Program-made: the position numbers and the translations under genes
The notes under the pieces: generated by a model
The model's input: the letters and a program-made list of their open reading frames with translations, nothing else
Database searches by the model: none
What the model was told of the DNA's origin: nothing
Shown: one piece after another, positions 1-15,209 of the stretch
How positions within the stretch are numbered: the first letter of the stretch is position 1
Layout: each line of letters opens with the position of its first letter
DNA from: the human T2T-CHM13v2.0 reference genome, Homo sapiens
Assembly (NCBI RefSeq): GCF_009914755.1
Contig: NC_060942.1
Strand: one strand, 5' to 3'
DNA: 64,000 bases

Positions 1-639
1 TGAATGGTGCAAGAGAAACAGAGACCATAGGAGAGGAAGGAGGTGAGCCAGGGACAGGGGGAGGCAAGTGGGCCAGTATTGTTTAAATGGAACATCTCAA
101 GTGTGGACAGAAGGAACGTTGTGGACGCTGAAGGCAGAGATGAGCACAGATGCCACAGGGTGGGAGAAGTGAGTGGCACTGGCACCCACCAGGAAGGTGT
201 GGCTGTGTGGCTCTGAGGCTGCCTACCTCCTCCCACTCTGACACTTTCTCCTCACTGAGGTTGGGAAGTCCATGCAATGCTAGAAAAAAGTCTTCTGACG
301 GCTGACGGTGCAGCAAGGGAAAGCATTCTTATCAAGGGGGAAACAAGATGTGTGGCCCCGTTTCACAGTACGTGAGCAAGCGTTTCCATGCCCTACCAAG
401 GGAAGGTGCTACCAACATGAATTCACTCCATGCGTGTGCATTGAGCACCTGCGGTCTGCCAGACATGGGTTAGGAGCTCCGAACACAGTGGGCCAAACAG
501 ACAGGGCTCAGCCCTGCTAGTCCTTTTTATTCCCGAAGGGAATGATGTAAAATAAATGAGAGGGAGTGTGGGAGGGAGAGAGAGAGACGTTTTATCATGT
601 GATGATGCCAGTTGTGTAAACATAATTTTGGGAGTAACC

Positions 640-890
640 TGAAGTATAATATTGACTAAGTGCTTGGATTTTGGAGTTAGACAGACGGGAATTGAAAACT
701 CAGCCCTGCACTTCCCAAGTGGCTGACCTGGGGTTATGGATGGAACTTGGTTATCTGGCCTGCATGCTCCTCAACTGTTCAGCGGAGCTGTGACAACCCC
801 AGCAGAAGGAGTTTCAGTGAGGATTAAAGCAGATAATGTTACAAAAGCCTAGTTCACATGTGACACTGATAGGTGATCAATAAATAATAA
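640..890 (+). mobile_element. MIR SINE fragment
   Basis: MIR-like core 'ggagttagacagacggga...ctcagccctgcacttcccaagtggctgacctgggg...gtgaggattaaagcagataatg...aataaataa'. Confidence 0.6.
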
Positions 891-2757
891 CGATTATTTT
901 AAGCTACATTGTATCTTCCTTTATTATTAATAACTTACATGTTCAAAAATTTTACTCTTTCTGCTTTTTTTTAGTGCAGCACAAATTTTAATTTACCTCA
1001 TTGTCCATTTTCTGCTTTCTTTCCCAGTTTCACTACAAACGTTTACTCATGTTTACTGTCCTCTTTGTTTCCTCTCTCCTCCCTCCTGACAGTGACTCTT
1101 CCGTGCAATACACAGCACAATAAAAAGTCCATTAGTGTTAGTTGAGTGAGTAAAAATTATTGTATATAAGGAGAACTGCAGACAAAATGTACTTAGACTT
1201 TTAAAAATCCTTTGATAAGGTTTTATACCAAATGTTATTAAGTATTCATTTATCAAGGGACTGGGGAACTGATTTTTGTGGATCCCTGGAGATCTTGGTT
1301 AGAATAAACGTTACTTAATAGCTTTTTAGATGATCTGAAGGAGCAGATAGTTTTTGTTTCGTTTGTTTGTTTTAGTTTTAAATAATACTCTGCCCTTCTG
1401 ACCAGCACTTTATGACTGTAAAACACAAAATGAGAGTCAGAAAGCATGGATTCTGGTTTGAGAATGTCTCTGGTGAAATGCAAGTCATTTCAGTTTAGGA
1501 GCATCACTTTTTATCTGTGAGATGAGAAAGGTGAAGTAGAGAAGATTTTAGCAGCAGAAACTCCCTTTTCCAAATTAATTCATATTTATACAACATGTCT
1601 CTGCTTGAAGTTCTTGGGAAGCTTAAAGCTGTGGGGAGAAGCCACAGTGGAACTGGAGCATCCTGGGTCTCCCACCAGCCTCTGTATATGGAGCACACCC
1701 AATTCTGTCCCTTCTGTCCGTTCCTCTGAGTGCTGGATCTCAGAATCTGGCTTTTCTACTGAGAGCACCGCCTTTAAATCTCTCAGGAAGCTCAAATCCA
1801 GTTGTCCACGATTAAGTCTGTAATCTCTCTTCACACGCACCATGTCCGTATGTCCTCTAAATTCCTACAGTTGGGAATGTCATTACCCAGGGCAAGGTGG
1901 ATTCAGGCTTTGTGGAACATAAATCTTTATTAATTTGATACAGCGGATTTCCAAGGAAAATGGTACAAAAGCATGAATAAAATATATAGTGCAGGGCCTT
2001 CAAAAAGGACACATTCCAGCCATGCCTCTGGGCAAGCCAGACCCTCGGGCACTGGGCACTGTCTTTACTTTCGCCATATCCCATCATCTGCCAGTACTCC
2101 TCATAATTGCTCCAACACTTCATGTATCTTAGGTCCAGTTGAAGAGCCTCTCTTCACCCCTCCACTGTCACTAGATACTCCTACATGGCTCTCTCATAGA
2201 GTTAATTAATTGCCCTGTCTAGTAATTGCCGAGTTGCTTCTTGCTTCTAGTCATTGTGCACTCCTTAGGAGTAAACTCTCGATCTTATATCCACAGTGTA
2301 CATGAGAGACATGGACAGCACTCAGTGAATGTTGAAAATGTTGAATAAATGTGTCGGAAAAAAAGTATCAGATACCTTTCAGTGATAGGATGTACTATAG
2401 GGAGGGGGGTGTATTTATGGAGAAACAACTTAGGTATCTGCTTGATGCCAGGTGTGTGACCTTAAATATAATTTATGCAATCTATAGAAAATTTATGGAA
2501 AATATAATTTTACATAATTAAATGAACTAAATTATATATATTTATGTTCAAGTACTGTGGAACTATAGTAAATACTAAGGGAAAATAGGATGGTTTCAAA
2601 AAGCCAGTTTCATACCTTTGGATTGATAATACAGAGAATAGCAAGGTGTCTTGAAGGAGAGATGCTAGAGAAATATTTTTAATTATTATTGATGGAAGGG
2701 GGAGATAACTGAGGCAATGATATTTTGGTGGTTTTATTTTATTACAAAATTGACATA

Positions 2758-3142
<385 letters not shown>

Positions 3143-3589
3143 CTAAGTGAGCAGAATGGTGTGGGACATGGTGATTAATAGGGGAATGAGACTACCTGGA
3201 AACTAGGAAAGTTGTGTTCATGCTCTTTCAAAGTACTAGTGAGGAAAACTGTGACAAGAATGCATATTACTTTATGTAACTATTATGTAGGCACTGTATA
3301 AAAAGAACACTATGCAGTCTTTTATGATGTCAGACTAGTAGATGATGATGAAACTATATTGACAAGCAAAATTTATATCAAGGTAATTCAGCGTAAACAA
3401 ATCTGCTTAAGAGTAAGATGTGCTTCAGTACCACTTAGACCATCTGACCTAAAATTTAATTACAGTCATGTGTTGCTACTTTAGTTAAAGTAGCTGTCAG
3501 AGGAATTGGTCAAAATTACATCACTAGGAAGTAGATCTACGATAGCAAGCAAATAAAGATCCTTAAAAAGTAGAGTCATATAAGAAACC

Positions 3590-3790
3590 TTCCCTGACTT
3601 ATTTCTCTTATACTATATTTCACCATCTAATATAGAATATAATGTGCTTATTTACATTTTTGTGACCTGTATTCCTCCCACTAGAAGTTAAGATGGTACA
3701 CTCAATGGCTGGGTGATGAAGCATGTAAAAAATGAATGAATCAGGGAAAGTCTCTGGCTTCCTGGAGCTCAGCATCTAGTGATTATATGA
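3590..3790. mobile_element. L2 3'-end fragments
   Basis: 'ctcccactagaagttaagat...aatgaatgaatc' resembles the L2 terminal region; highly diverged. Confidence 0.45.
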
Positions 3791-5699
3791 ACAACTCTGT
3801 TGCATGACAGGCAAGAAAGTGTGGGTGTCAGGGACTCCCCAGGGTTGCCTGTGCCTGCAGTCGACTGTGTGGCATGGACCACTGACTGCTCACCAGTCAT
3901 GGTGATGCTGGAATAAAAACTCTAGGATGGAGTGCGAATAAAACAGGAGGAAGATCACGCCTAGAAAAAGCTGCCATAGAGCCAGAACTCAGCCAAGACA
4001 AGTCAGGAAAGCTACATGTGGTCAGCAAGCTGATACATGGGTCAGAAAGCCAGTTATTGGCCAGCCTTTTGTGCTGGCTGGATAGCAGTACTAAGCAATA
4101 TTTCCTAGGTGTTATATTCATGATGGCTTTTCCTCCTTATAGTGTCCAGATATTTTAAAATTTTGAGATCAGAGAAGCGTTAAATTATCTGATCTAAGTA
4201 ATACCTTCATTGAAAAATATTTTTAAAAATTAGCACATCATTAGAAGATGGAACATTTAAAATGACAGTATTGAAAACAGAACAGGGTAAAATAAAAGCA
4301 TTCGTTCTTAAAGTCTGCAGGACACAAATAGATAGAGAAATATTTATTTATATGTTATTTAGGAAAAACAGAAAAAGGTGCTTACTCGAAGACCTAAAAA
4401 CAGCACTAGTTTTCAAGACAGTGGATTTAAGCGAGTCACTGATCAAACTGGGGAATATATGCAAAGAGTTTGGGGCCCTAAGCTTTTTAGCATCAAGAGA
4501 TGGAACTTGCCCCAGGGTCTTGAGAGGGTTAATATATCTCGTCAACCTCCCCACCCCCAAAAGAGCAATTTCTTCCTTTCTCTGCCACACCATTAGGTTC
4601 ACATACGCCCCTTCCATGTATCTTCAAATGGTCCCCAAAGGGGTGACTTAATAGATCTGAAAACACTAAACACCAAACTTATGAAATGCCTTTTAAGCGT
4701 AAGTGCACTCTCTATTTTTCTAAACAATTGTTCTTCTCAAGCACACTGTGCGTTTCTTACCATCTATGAAGCTTATGATCAGGACAAATGGAAGTTAACA
4801 TTTCCAAGACACCACTGATCCTCTGGAGAGTGTATTGCTGCTAACTTAATAAAATCAGTTATTGTTTTTGACCTTGATATGCTTTTTTTTTTCTGAATTA
4901 TCAAAATTGATCCTCCTAATGGTGCTCGATCTTTAGTGTTACTGATACTTATCAATTGTAATTTGGTCAAATATGGATTTATGCCCATTGATGGCAAATG
5001 ATGACAGTCATGACTTGACCATTTTCTGCTAATGCTAGCATTTCCAATCCACATTCCATTTTATAGTGTCAGTAGCAAATGCGACTTACTGTAACAATAC
5101 AGTAATATTTGCTTGTCTCTGTGAAGATCAGCATTATTTCTACTGCAGTATAAAATATATAAAATACCTTCTAAACTACGTTCAATTGAATTCAATTCAA
5201 TTCACCAAATCCTTATGAAGACGGAGAATGCTGCATATTCCAAACCCTGGGAGTCTGTGCGTACTGCAGCCCCAGTGCGGGGTGGACACTGGGTTGCTGC
5301 ACGTTATTACATCCAAAGAGGAGGATCACCAGCCTCTTTTCAAATTTTAGTGTCAGTATTGGCTTTTCTTTTACCAGAAAAGCTTCAATGTACTTGAAAC
5401 ATCACAAAGAAATAAATTTAAAGTAAATGTATAGAACTTAAAATAATGAAATGAATCATTAACACAAGTGACTGTTACATTAATTTTATTCCCCAAAGCA
5501 AGTGTACTTCTGGTTGTGACATGATTGCCTCTAAAACCAATTGACAAATTTTCATTATATTATTTTAAATGAAAGCAAAAATAATAATGTTCAAAACCAA
5601 GGCAGGCTGAAAGAAACCTCAGGCTCTAGGTTCAGATTATTTTGCTTTCACATGTGACTATGGGAAAATGACCTGCCTGTTTCTGTTCCTTGGATTCGT

Positions 5700-5930
5700 T
5701 ATGAAGAAAAGGGACAGGAATTAGTACTCATTGAGCAAATGCTATGTCCTAGGTACTGTGATAAACAATTCAGATACATGCTGTTTTATTTAGCAAGAAC
5801 TCTTGCACTGGCTTTTTAAGTAAAACAGCATTTTCCTCAATTTTTATAATAATAATATTGAGACTCTAAATGGTTACTAATATGCACCTTCCTTTAGTAA
5901 GTGTCAGCGTTGGTATTCAAATGCAGAGAA
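5700..5930 (-). mobile_element. MIR SINE fragment
   Basis: 'ctcattgagcaaatgctatgtcctaggtactgtg...caatttt...attgagactctaaatggttactaatatgc' matches the MIR reverse-strand layout. Confidence 0.5.
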
Positions 5931-6532
5931 TTTTGTTTCAAATACCAAGAAAGAGTAAAATAATTACTTTTCTCATCCCTTAAATGCAACCAAGATAAAA
6001 ATAAAAGGTGATGTGAGGAGTACATATTCTTAATATGAAAGGTTTTATAATTTCTTAATAGTTTCATGCTCTTAATAGTATATTAAATCCTTAAAAAAAC
6101 CAAAAAGACTTGATTAGATATTGGCCTTAAAGTACTGCTTTTTAATGTTATAGATATACCAGTTATCACAACTAATTTTAGATTCATACAATGAAAATCT
6201 ACCCTTTGATTTTATGTTTTAACATATATTCTCTTTCTTACTGTTGTCCATTACAAATTTGTAGTTTAAAAAAAAATCAGAATATTCAGTAACTTAGAGG
6301 ATTTGGATGTTCTAACTTTTCTCTCACTCACAGGTGATGCAGAAAAAAGAAAAACAGTGAGAGATGACCTCTTCCTTGCTTCAGGGTCCCCACACCACAG
6401 GAAAAGCTTGGAGTAGTCTGGAAACAGGCAGGATGCCCATCAGGGAAATTCAGAAACCACAATGCTTCAACTACCTTGTTTCTTAAAGAGTAGGAAAAGC
6501 TCTTTTCTTCTCACCTTTCCCAATCTTTTAGA

Positions 6533-6850
6533 ATCACCACCACCACCAGTACCACCATCACCAATACTACCACCATCATCACTACCACCACCACCACCAC
6601 CAATACCATCATCATTACCATCAACACCATCACCACCACCAATACCACCACCACCAACACCAAAGACACCACTGCCACTGCCACCCACACCATCACTACA
6701 AACCCCACCAGCACAAACAATACATTCACCATTACCATCAGCACCACCACCACCAATACCATCATCACCAATACTACCACCACCACTGCCAACATCAACA
6801 CCATTACCAATACCACCATTGCTAATACCATCACCAACAATACCAACATC
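6533..6850 (+). repeat. Degenerate (CCA/CAT)n trinucleotide low-complexity tract
   Basis: Runs of caccaccac/catcatcac; source of the poly-Pro and poly-Gly/Val ORFs. Confidence 0.95.
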
Positions 6851-8270
6851 AACACCAGCACCACCAATAACACTATCACCCCAACTCCAACACTACCACC
6901 ACGAGCACCCCAAAAACACTATCACCCCAACAACTCCAACACCACCACCAACACCAGCACCACCAATAACACTATCACCCCAACTCCAACACCACCACCA
7001 CAAGCACCCCAAAAACACTATCACCCCAACAACTCCAATACCACTGCCAACACCAGCACCCCCAATAACACTATCACCCCAACTCCAACACCACCACCAC
7101 GAGCACCCCCAAAAACACTATCACCCCAACAACTCCAATACCACCGCCAACACTAGCACCCCCAATAACACTATCACCCCAACAACTCCAACACCACTGC
7201 CAACACCAGCACCCCCAAAAACACTACCACCCCAACAACTCCAACACCACCACCACCAGCACCCCCAATAACACTATCACCCCAACTCCAACACCACCAC
7301 CACCAGCACCCCCAATAACACTATCACCCCAACAACTCCAACACCACCGCCACCACCAGCACCCCCAATAACACTATCACCCCAACAACTCCAACACCAC
7401 TGCCAACACCAGCACCCCAAAAACACTATCACCCCAACAACTCCAACACCAACGCCAACACCAGCAGCCCCAATAACACTATCACCCCAACAACCCCAAC
7501 ACCACCGCCAACACCAGCACCACCAATAACACTATCACCCCAACAACTCCAACACCACTGCCAACACCAGCACCCCAAAAACACTATCACCCCAACAACT
7601 CCAACACCACTGCCAACACCAGCACCGCAAAAACACTATCACCCCAACAACTCCAACACCACCACCACCAGCACCCCCAATAACACTATCACCCCAACAA
7701 CTCCAACACCACCACCAACACCAGCACCACCAATAACACTATCACCCCAACAACTCCAACACCACCACCACCAGCAGCACCCCCAATAACACTATCACCC
7801 CAACAACTCCAACACCACTGCCAACACCAGCACCCCCAATAACACTATCACCCCAACAACTCCAACACCACCACCACGAGCACCCCCAATAACACTATCA
7901 CCTCAACAACTCCAACCCCACTGCCAACACCAGCACCCCCAATAACACTATCACCCCAACAACTCCAACACAACCACCACGAGCACCCCCAATAACACTA
8001 TCACCCCAACAACTCCAACCCCACTGCCAACACCAGCACCCCCAATAACACTATCACCCCAACAACTCCAACACCACCACCACCAGCACCCCAAAAACAC
8101 TATCACCCCAACAACTCCAACACCACCGCCAACACCAGCACCCCCAATAACACTATCACCCCAACAACTCCAACATCACCGCCAACACCAGCACCCCCAA
8201 TAACACTATCACCCCAACAACTCCAACACCACTGCCAACACCAGCACCACCTTCACCAACACCAACACCT
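6851..8270 (+). repeat. Minisatellite, 50-53-bp unit, about 27 copies
   Basis: Unit CACCAGCACCCCCAATAACACTATCACCCCAACAACTCCAACACCACTGCCAA, with variants differing by one triplet. Confidence 0.95.
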
Positions 8271-10139
8271 CCCTCCAATCCCCTAAGCTATTTAAGTAAG
8301 TTTTTAAAAAAGGACTTGCTCTAACTTCAGGGCTTCATTCTGTATCACTATGAATTTTGCTCCTTATTATCATTCTTCCTTTCTAGACATCTCGCACTAA
8401 GCCTATTGAGTTGAAAAGGTATTTATTTTGCATTTATCATCAATTTTCACTAACATGACTTCTTGGGTAAGTGATTTTGCTGTCATTTAATCTGTTGGAT
8501 GTGGATTACATCTCTGCAAAATAAAGAGACTTACCTGGGCCCTTTGAGCTCTGAAACTAAGATTCGTGCTTGTCATGTGTCTCAACATTGTTATGCTTTG
8601 TGAAGACTATAAATTTAAATTATTCATTAAATGTCTCCAGGCACTTTTTAAAGTATTTTAAAAGTACTTCTAAAGTATTATACGGCACTAAAACAATGGC
8701 CAATCCAATGAGTTGATGTAAAATATATTGACATTTCAAAATTAGTAATTGTGCTATACATATGCCTACATTGTGATATACAGAATTATATGTGTATTTG
8801 GAGTTCCTTTTGTAAAAGAACGGGAACTACATTTTAGCATGCATTGCTTGTCATATGCGTTTCCTAATGCTAATGCACATGCGTGTGCATACACACACAC
8901 ACACACACATCCTCATGCTCTGATAAAGGATAGAGACAGCCAAAGGCACTAGGTGCTCAGACTTTTCAAAGGTAGTTGTTGGCCATATCTTTATCATCTA
9001 GTTATGAAGAAGGTCAGATGGCTGATAAATGCTATGGCCTGTAACCAGTACTTTAAATTTAGTGTAAATCTTAACATGTAGCATGCAAATGCAAACTGAA
9101 TTTGCACAGGTAAATTGTATGTTTAGATGAGGTCACTGGGATTGTGCTTTCACTGGTGTCTCTTGAAGGGCCAAGAGTCCACAGAGGAGCCGTTTAGTAG
9201 CTATCTGCCATCCCCACTTGTCTTCAAATATTGTGATTTAGATAGAACTCTAATGCATGAGAGCAACTTGTCCCCAGAGCATTTTTTCAGAATATAAATT
9301 AAGTGATATTATAACAGAAGCCCCCTCTTAGCTCAGCATAATGAATATGAACCATCATGGACTCCTGACCAGGGTTATGGTATGAGAATGAATTACTCTA
9401 TTAACATCTCTTTTAAGTAGCATTAGTGATAATAAATGAAGAGATTTAATGGAATACTGATAATATTATTCATGCAAAAATAGCACTCTTTATCTTGTTA
9501 AAACAATTAAAATGTGCTTTGAGGATATTTTACACCAAAGAAATATGATGCTCGAGAGTGCTTATTGCATGTAGCTGAATACATCAGCATTAGCCAGTAA
9601 TGCCGATAATCTGATAAAAATCGAAAAGCTGATTTGTATGCTATGCTAATTCAGGATCATCTTCTTGGCCTTAGGTACCTCCCAAATGCTGCATACGATT
9701 GCAGCAAGCTTTAGCGGTGATATTAGATTAAATTCAATCCTTTTGCTTATAATTTTTTCAAAGAAATTACATCCACCGTTCTTCAGCATAAACCCTCTTT
9801 AGCTGCTAAGCAGCCTGTAATATTGCATTTTAAGCCTGGTATATTGCTGTTTTCTTCCCAGACATATTTAAGCTTTGTTTTCAGTTATAGATCATCTTAT
9901 CCCAATCATGTAAATCCACAAAAACCAAAGATCACTTATTTGTGTTGATGGTGACCTTATTCTGAGCACAACATTAAAACTAACTTTGTGCAACTCTGAA
10001 ATCTAGTATTCTTCAGTAAATAAACACAGTAAAACCTTCTTATAACACAGCTTGCCATTCAATGGATTAGAGCATTTTGTAAATAAATTGTATTCACCAT
10101 AAGAAGTACTCAACAAAGGCAAGTCTGCTAAGGAGAACA

Positions 10140-10267
10140 GGCTTTCCTTCGGAGTGATGAAAAAGTTCCGGAACTAGATGTGTGTTTTAAATGTCAGTGA
10201 TTTAACATTTTAAAATGGCTAAGTTGTTAAATTGTATTTTCTATAAATTTGATCACAATTTAAAAAG
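10140..10267 (+). mobile_element. Old L1M (L1MB-like) 3'-UTR end fragment
   Basis: 'ggagtgatgaaaaagttccggaactagat...taaaatggctaag...aattgtatttt...cacaatttaaaaa'. Confidence 0.65.
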
Positions 10268-11765
10268 TGACTAAGTTGTGACAGAGCCGTAAGGCCCTGG
10301 AAGCCACGTCACTCCCGTCGTCAGGACCCATGTCTCACTGACTTATTTGCCACCTGCAAGAGTTCAAAGTCAGATACATCTTCATAACGTTTTGTGAGAC
10401 ACAGCCTTCCTTCCTGATGGAGTTACTACGTGAAGTTTTCACATTATAGCACCACTTTGGAAGACCACCTATCTCCCATTCTTTCCCAGCACGCAGTTCC
10501 CTATACACAGTACACACAGATAGTTTTCAACTTTACTCAGAAGGAATTATAGTTTTTTCCCATAAATGTGCAAAGGAAAGTTATGGGTCTAAAGCATTTT
10601 TCCTATTAGAGGTGACTAAGGGTATTGTTATAATTATATATTAAGATTATTATTTTATTACTTCCATTAATAACTTTATCTAATTTGTAAGAAACAATTA
10701 TCTTTATAATATTGCAAACATGTTGCACTGGGGAATTTTCCTATTTTAATTAAGACCTCAGCAAAGCCCAGTAAATAGCAATGCCTGTCCCATTTCCATC
10801 AGCTTTTTAATCATGCTTGGCATGGTCGTTTTCACTTGATCCCACATAAATTTTGCACGTGTGAGTGGAGCTGAAGTTTCAAGAGAGAGATCAGGTTTTG
10901 CATTACTGACAAAACACATATTTACATGAATGAGCCTCCTTGACTGTATGTAATTAGTCAGGGGACAGGAGACTAATAGGATCCTCAAAGTAAGGACTTA
11001 AAGTATTAGTTTCTCATATTTATGATTAATGCTTCTCTTACCAGCCCAGAGCCCTGAACAGGATCACGTAAAGCATGTTGGGTTAAATCATTCTTTGTTA
11101 CAACATACAGACATTCGACTTCAGTGGAGCCCAAAGGAGAATCTTTACTTGCTATTTATACCCTCATCAGAAATAAGCCACCTCAGAGCCGAGAAGGTTG
11201 CTTTTTATTATTCGTCCTTCAAATGACTTCCTAAGTATTTGACACACTTGAAATATGCCCTTCCCATTAGCTGAAGGCGAATTACCATACAGATGTTCAT
11301 CTTAATGTTGTTTTTCAAATGGCCTGCAATTGCATGGTTTGTTACATCCCTACATCTTCATTTATTTCTTGGTAGAGAACTCCCATACATCATATACAAA
11401 TAATAAGCATCGAAACAACGGAGGCCTTACAGCGTGCACATTGATTACTAGAGCCTGAATGAATAATAGAATTCATATTTGGCATCAGTAAACTGCAAAA
11501 GTCCCCTTGGCCGGAGGGTGGGTGCATAAAGTCACCCTGGTTAGGAACCACTAAGTTAAACTATTTCAAGAGATTCCTAAACTTCTCAGTTCATGATGCC
11601 TTAATGTTGCAGCAATTTTCTCAAAGAGCCCACAGGCCAAAAGAAACAGGTAACCATTGTGTATACTGAATACTTAGATCCAAACAACTTAATTAGTATT
11701 TATATCCTAACTCTGTGGCTGTTTGTTTGAAAGAAAAATAAACAAACATGGAAAGAAAAAAGTAA

Positions 11766-12524
<759 letters not shown>

Positions 12525-12679
12525 TATGGGCTCTGTCTTCAGAGACTCACAGCAGCATGCTGGGACACGCACCCTAGCTGTTTTAGCATAACATGTGATG
12601 GTTGTATTGAAATGTGCCACAGACAGATAATTCTGGTGGTGGGGAGAAGCTCAGATTGGAGCAATTATCTTGAGGTTTG

Positions 12680-13090
12680 CTGATAGTCCAGGGATACTGA
12701 GGAGGTAACAGATGCTGAACATGGTGGGGGTAAACGTGTCTGCCCAATCTTCAGGGAAAAGAAAAATCAGAGGTGGCTTTCTAGCTGGAGCAACCAGATG
12801 ATCCCTTGCTGAGAATAAGAACATAATAGATGAGGGTATATTTAGTTGGGTCCAGAGAAGAGGGGGAAATAGAAAACTATAGTTCAGGTGTTTCTTGGAC
12901 ACCCAGGTAAAGGTTCCTGATGGAATCTTAAAATATGAATGTGAAGCCATGGGAATGAACGGGATCTACAGCAAGGGTAAGAAGGAGGGCTCGGGATCAG
13001 AAGCCAGGTGGACATTCCTGAAGGAGACAGAGAGGGGCTGAAGAGTAGTAGCTTAGGGGCAGGAGAAGAGCCCAAGAACCAGGAGGGAGT
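12680..13090. mobile_element. L2 fragment(s)
   Basis: Purine-rich 'ttcaggtgtttcttggacacccagg...tgaagccatgggaatgaacgggatc...ccaggtggacattcctgaagga' typical of L2 ORF2 remnants. Confidence 0.5.
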
Positions 13091-13489
13091 GGTAAGCGAA
13101 TCATGAGTCTCTCATTGCATGAACAAAGAGCCACATTACAGAGAGGTAATTTCTTCACCTCGCAGAGCTGGTGAGTGACCGAACTGAGACAAGCCAAGGC
13201 TGGGTTATCCAAAGTCTGCAGTTTCCCTGTAAACTACCCTTTTACTATGTCAATGGGGGATGGAGGAGGCTGAGAAATAAACAGAGATCAGTATATGAAG
13301 ACTGTGTTAGAAAAAAAAAATAGAAGCAAAATAATGGACAGAAGTGAGTGTCCCTCATGAGGCAAGGTCTGTGGACCTGGGCAGGCTCTGTCCTCTGCTC
13401 ACCCAGGCTCACCTAGCACCTAAGAAAGTGGTCAATGCAAAATAAAACCTAAATAAATGTTCACCAAATAAAGTAATTGACATCAAGTG

Positions 13490-13665
13490 GCCAGTTGTGT
13501 CATAAACGCTTCATTATCACATTTAATCCTGATAACACATCACAAGGTTCACCCACTTTAGGGATAAAATGGAACTTGGGGAGATCCTGTGACTTCCCCA
13601 TAGTCAAACACAGCCCCCGGCTGGCGAACTCAGGCCAGTCTAGATTCAAAACTTATTCTCTTAAG
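13490..13665 (-). mobile_element. MIR SINE fragment
   Basis: 'cattatcacatttaatcctgataacac...cccacttta...gtgacttcccca tagtcaaacacagc'. Confidence 0.6.
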
Positions 13666-13879
13666 TAGAGCGTGCAATCACCTCCAAACTATGCCGCCGC
13701 AGCTGAAAAGCATGTGCACGCTATACACAGACAATTTACAGGAGAAGAAGCCGAATAAGTGTTACACATCCAAGCTCTACTCTAACAAAATAAAGCACAA
13801 CTTAACCAAAAGGATGATTTTTAAGGGTTTAAATCTCTATCCTGTTATTTTACAGGAAATATATCGTCTTGTCAAAGGT

Positions 13880-14110
13880 CAGCAGAAACATTCACTGTTG
13901 GTGAAATGGTTGCACGAGGCAATACAGGTTTTAGAGGGTAATTTGACAATAAATAGATATCAAAAGTTTAAAAACATGCAAACATCCCAACAATTTTACT
14001 TATAAAAACTTACCTACAGTGATTTTCATCTCAGGCTCATCTATAGTCTTAGAAAAAAGAATAGAAAGAAACAATCTAAATGGAATATGAATACAGTTTC
14101 ACTGGTTGAT
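13880..14110 (+). mobile_element. L1ME-like fragment
   Basis: 'cattcactgttggtgaaatgg...ttttagagggtaatttgacaata...cccaacaattttacttataaaaacttaccta...acaatctaaatg'. Confidence 0.55.
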
Positions 14111-14721
14111 TAATTGTACAGCCACTCACATTTTTGTGAAAAGGAGGACTAAATTCGTGATATCCTGTTAAGTAAAACATAAAAGTAAGAAGCAATTTCA
14201 TTTTCTCTTTGTGGAAAGAAGATTGTGTCTTATGCTGAAGTGAAAGGAAGTTTATACTAAAATGTATAACTCTGGGGCCATGGGGTGTTCTGTAAAGGTC
14301 TGAATGGTAAGCAGGAGAGGGCAGACCGTGATGTTCGACCTCATTCCAAAGAGCCTAGTGAAGAATGTTCTGGAAGAGGTGGCAGTGTAGCTGAAGGGAG
14401 GGGAGTAGTCAGAAGGAAGTGTGTGGATGTGATTGTTGTCACGATGGGTGAGAGGTGACACAGCATGTCCCTAAGATTGGTGAAAGAAACCAGACAGGGA
14501 AACACAATGCCTTCCCCAGGGGCTGAATAATTCTCCCTCCCCTGGCTCCTGAGCCATATAAAAAAGAAAACTAACTGTTGATACCAGTATAGTCTTGGGG
14601 CTATCAAGTGTGGCTTTCACAATCTAAAAGTCCCTTTAAAAAGTTTCAGGATTCTTAATCTATAATTTCAGCTGTTGGACACAGGGCTCAAAGGAAAATG
14701 GATTTAAATAAAATTAGAAAC

Positions 14722-15074
<353 letters not shown>

Positions 15075-15209
15075 TCAGAGCTGTTTTCCACATTGTTAGT
15101 TTCTATACCCAGATGAGGGACAGGGATAATGTGTGTGTATATATACACTGAAATATGAATAAGTCTATTAGAGAATGACTGAATTAGTGAATGCCATTAA
15201 ATCCCGGTT

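Noticed and set aside
6310-6340. Polypyrimidine tract plus CAG resembling a splice acceptor
   Set aside because: Such motifs occur often by chance; no matching donor or coding frame supports an exon.
6462-7271. 269-aa Pro/Thr-rich, mucin- or extensin-like ORF
   Set aside because: Product of the CCA tract and a 50/53-bp unit that is not a multiple of 3, so the frame drifts and hits stops.
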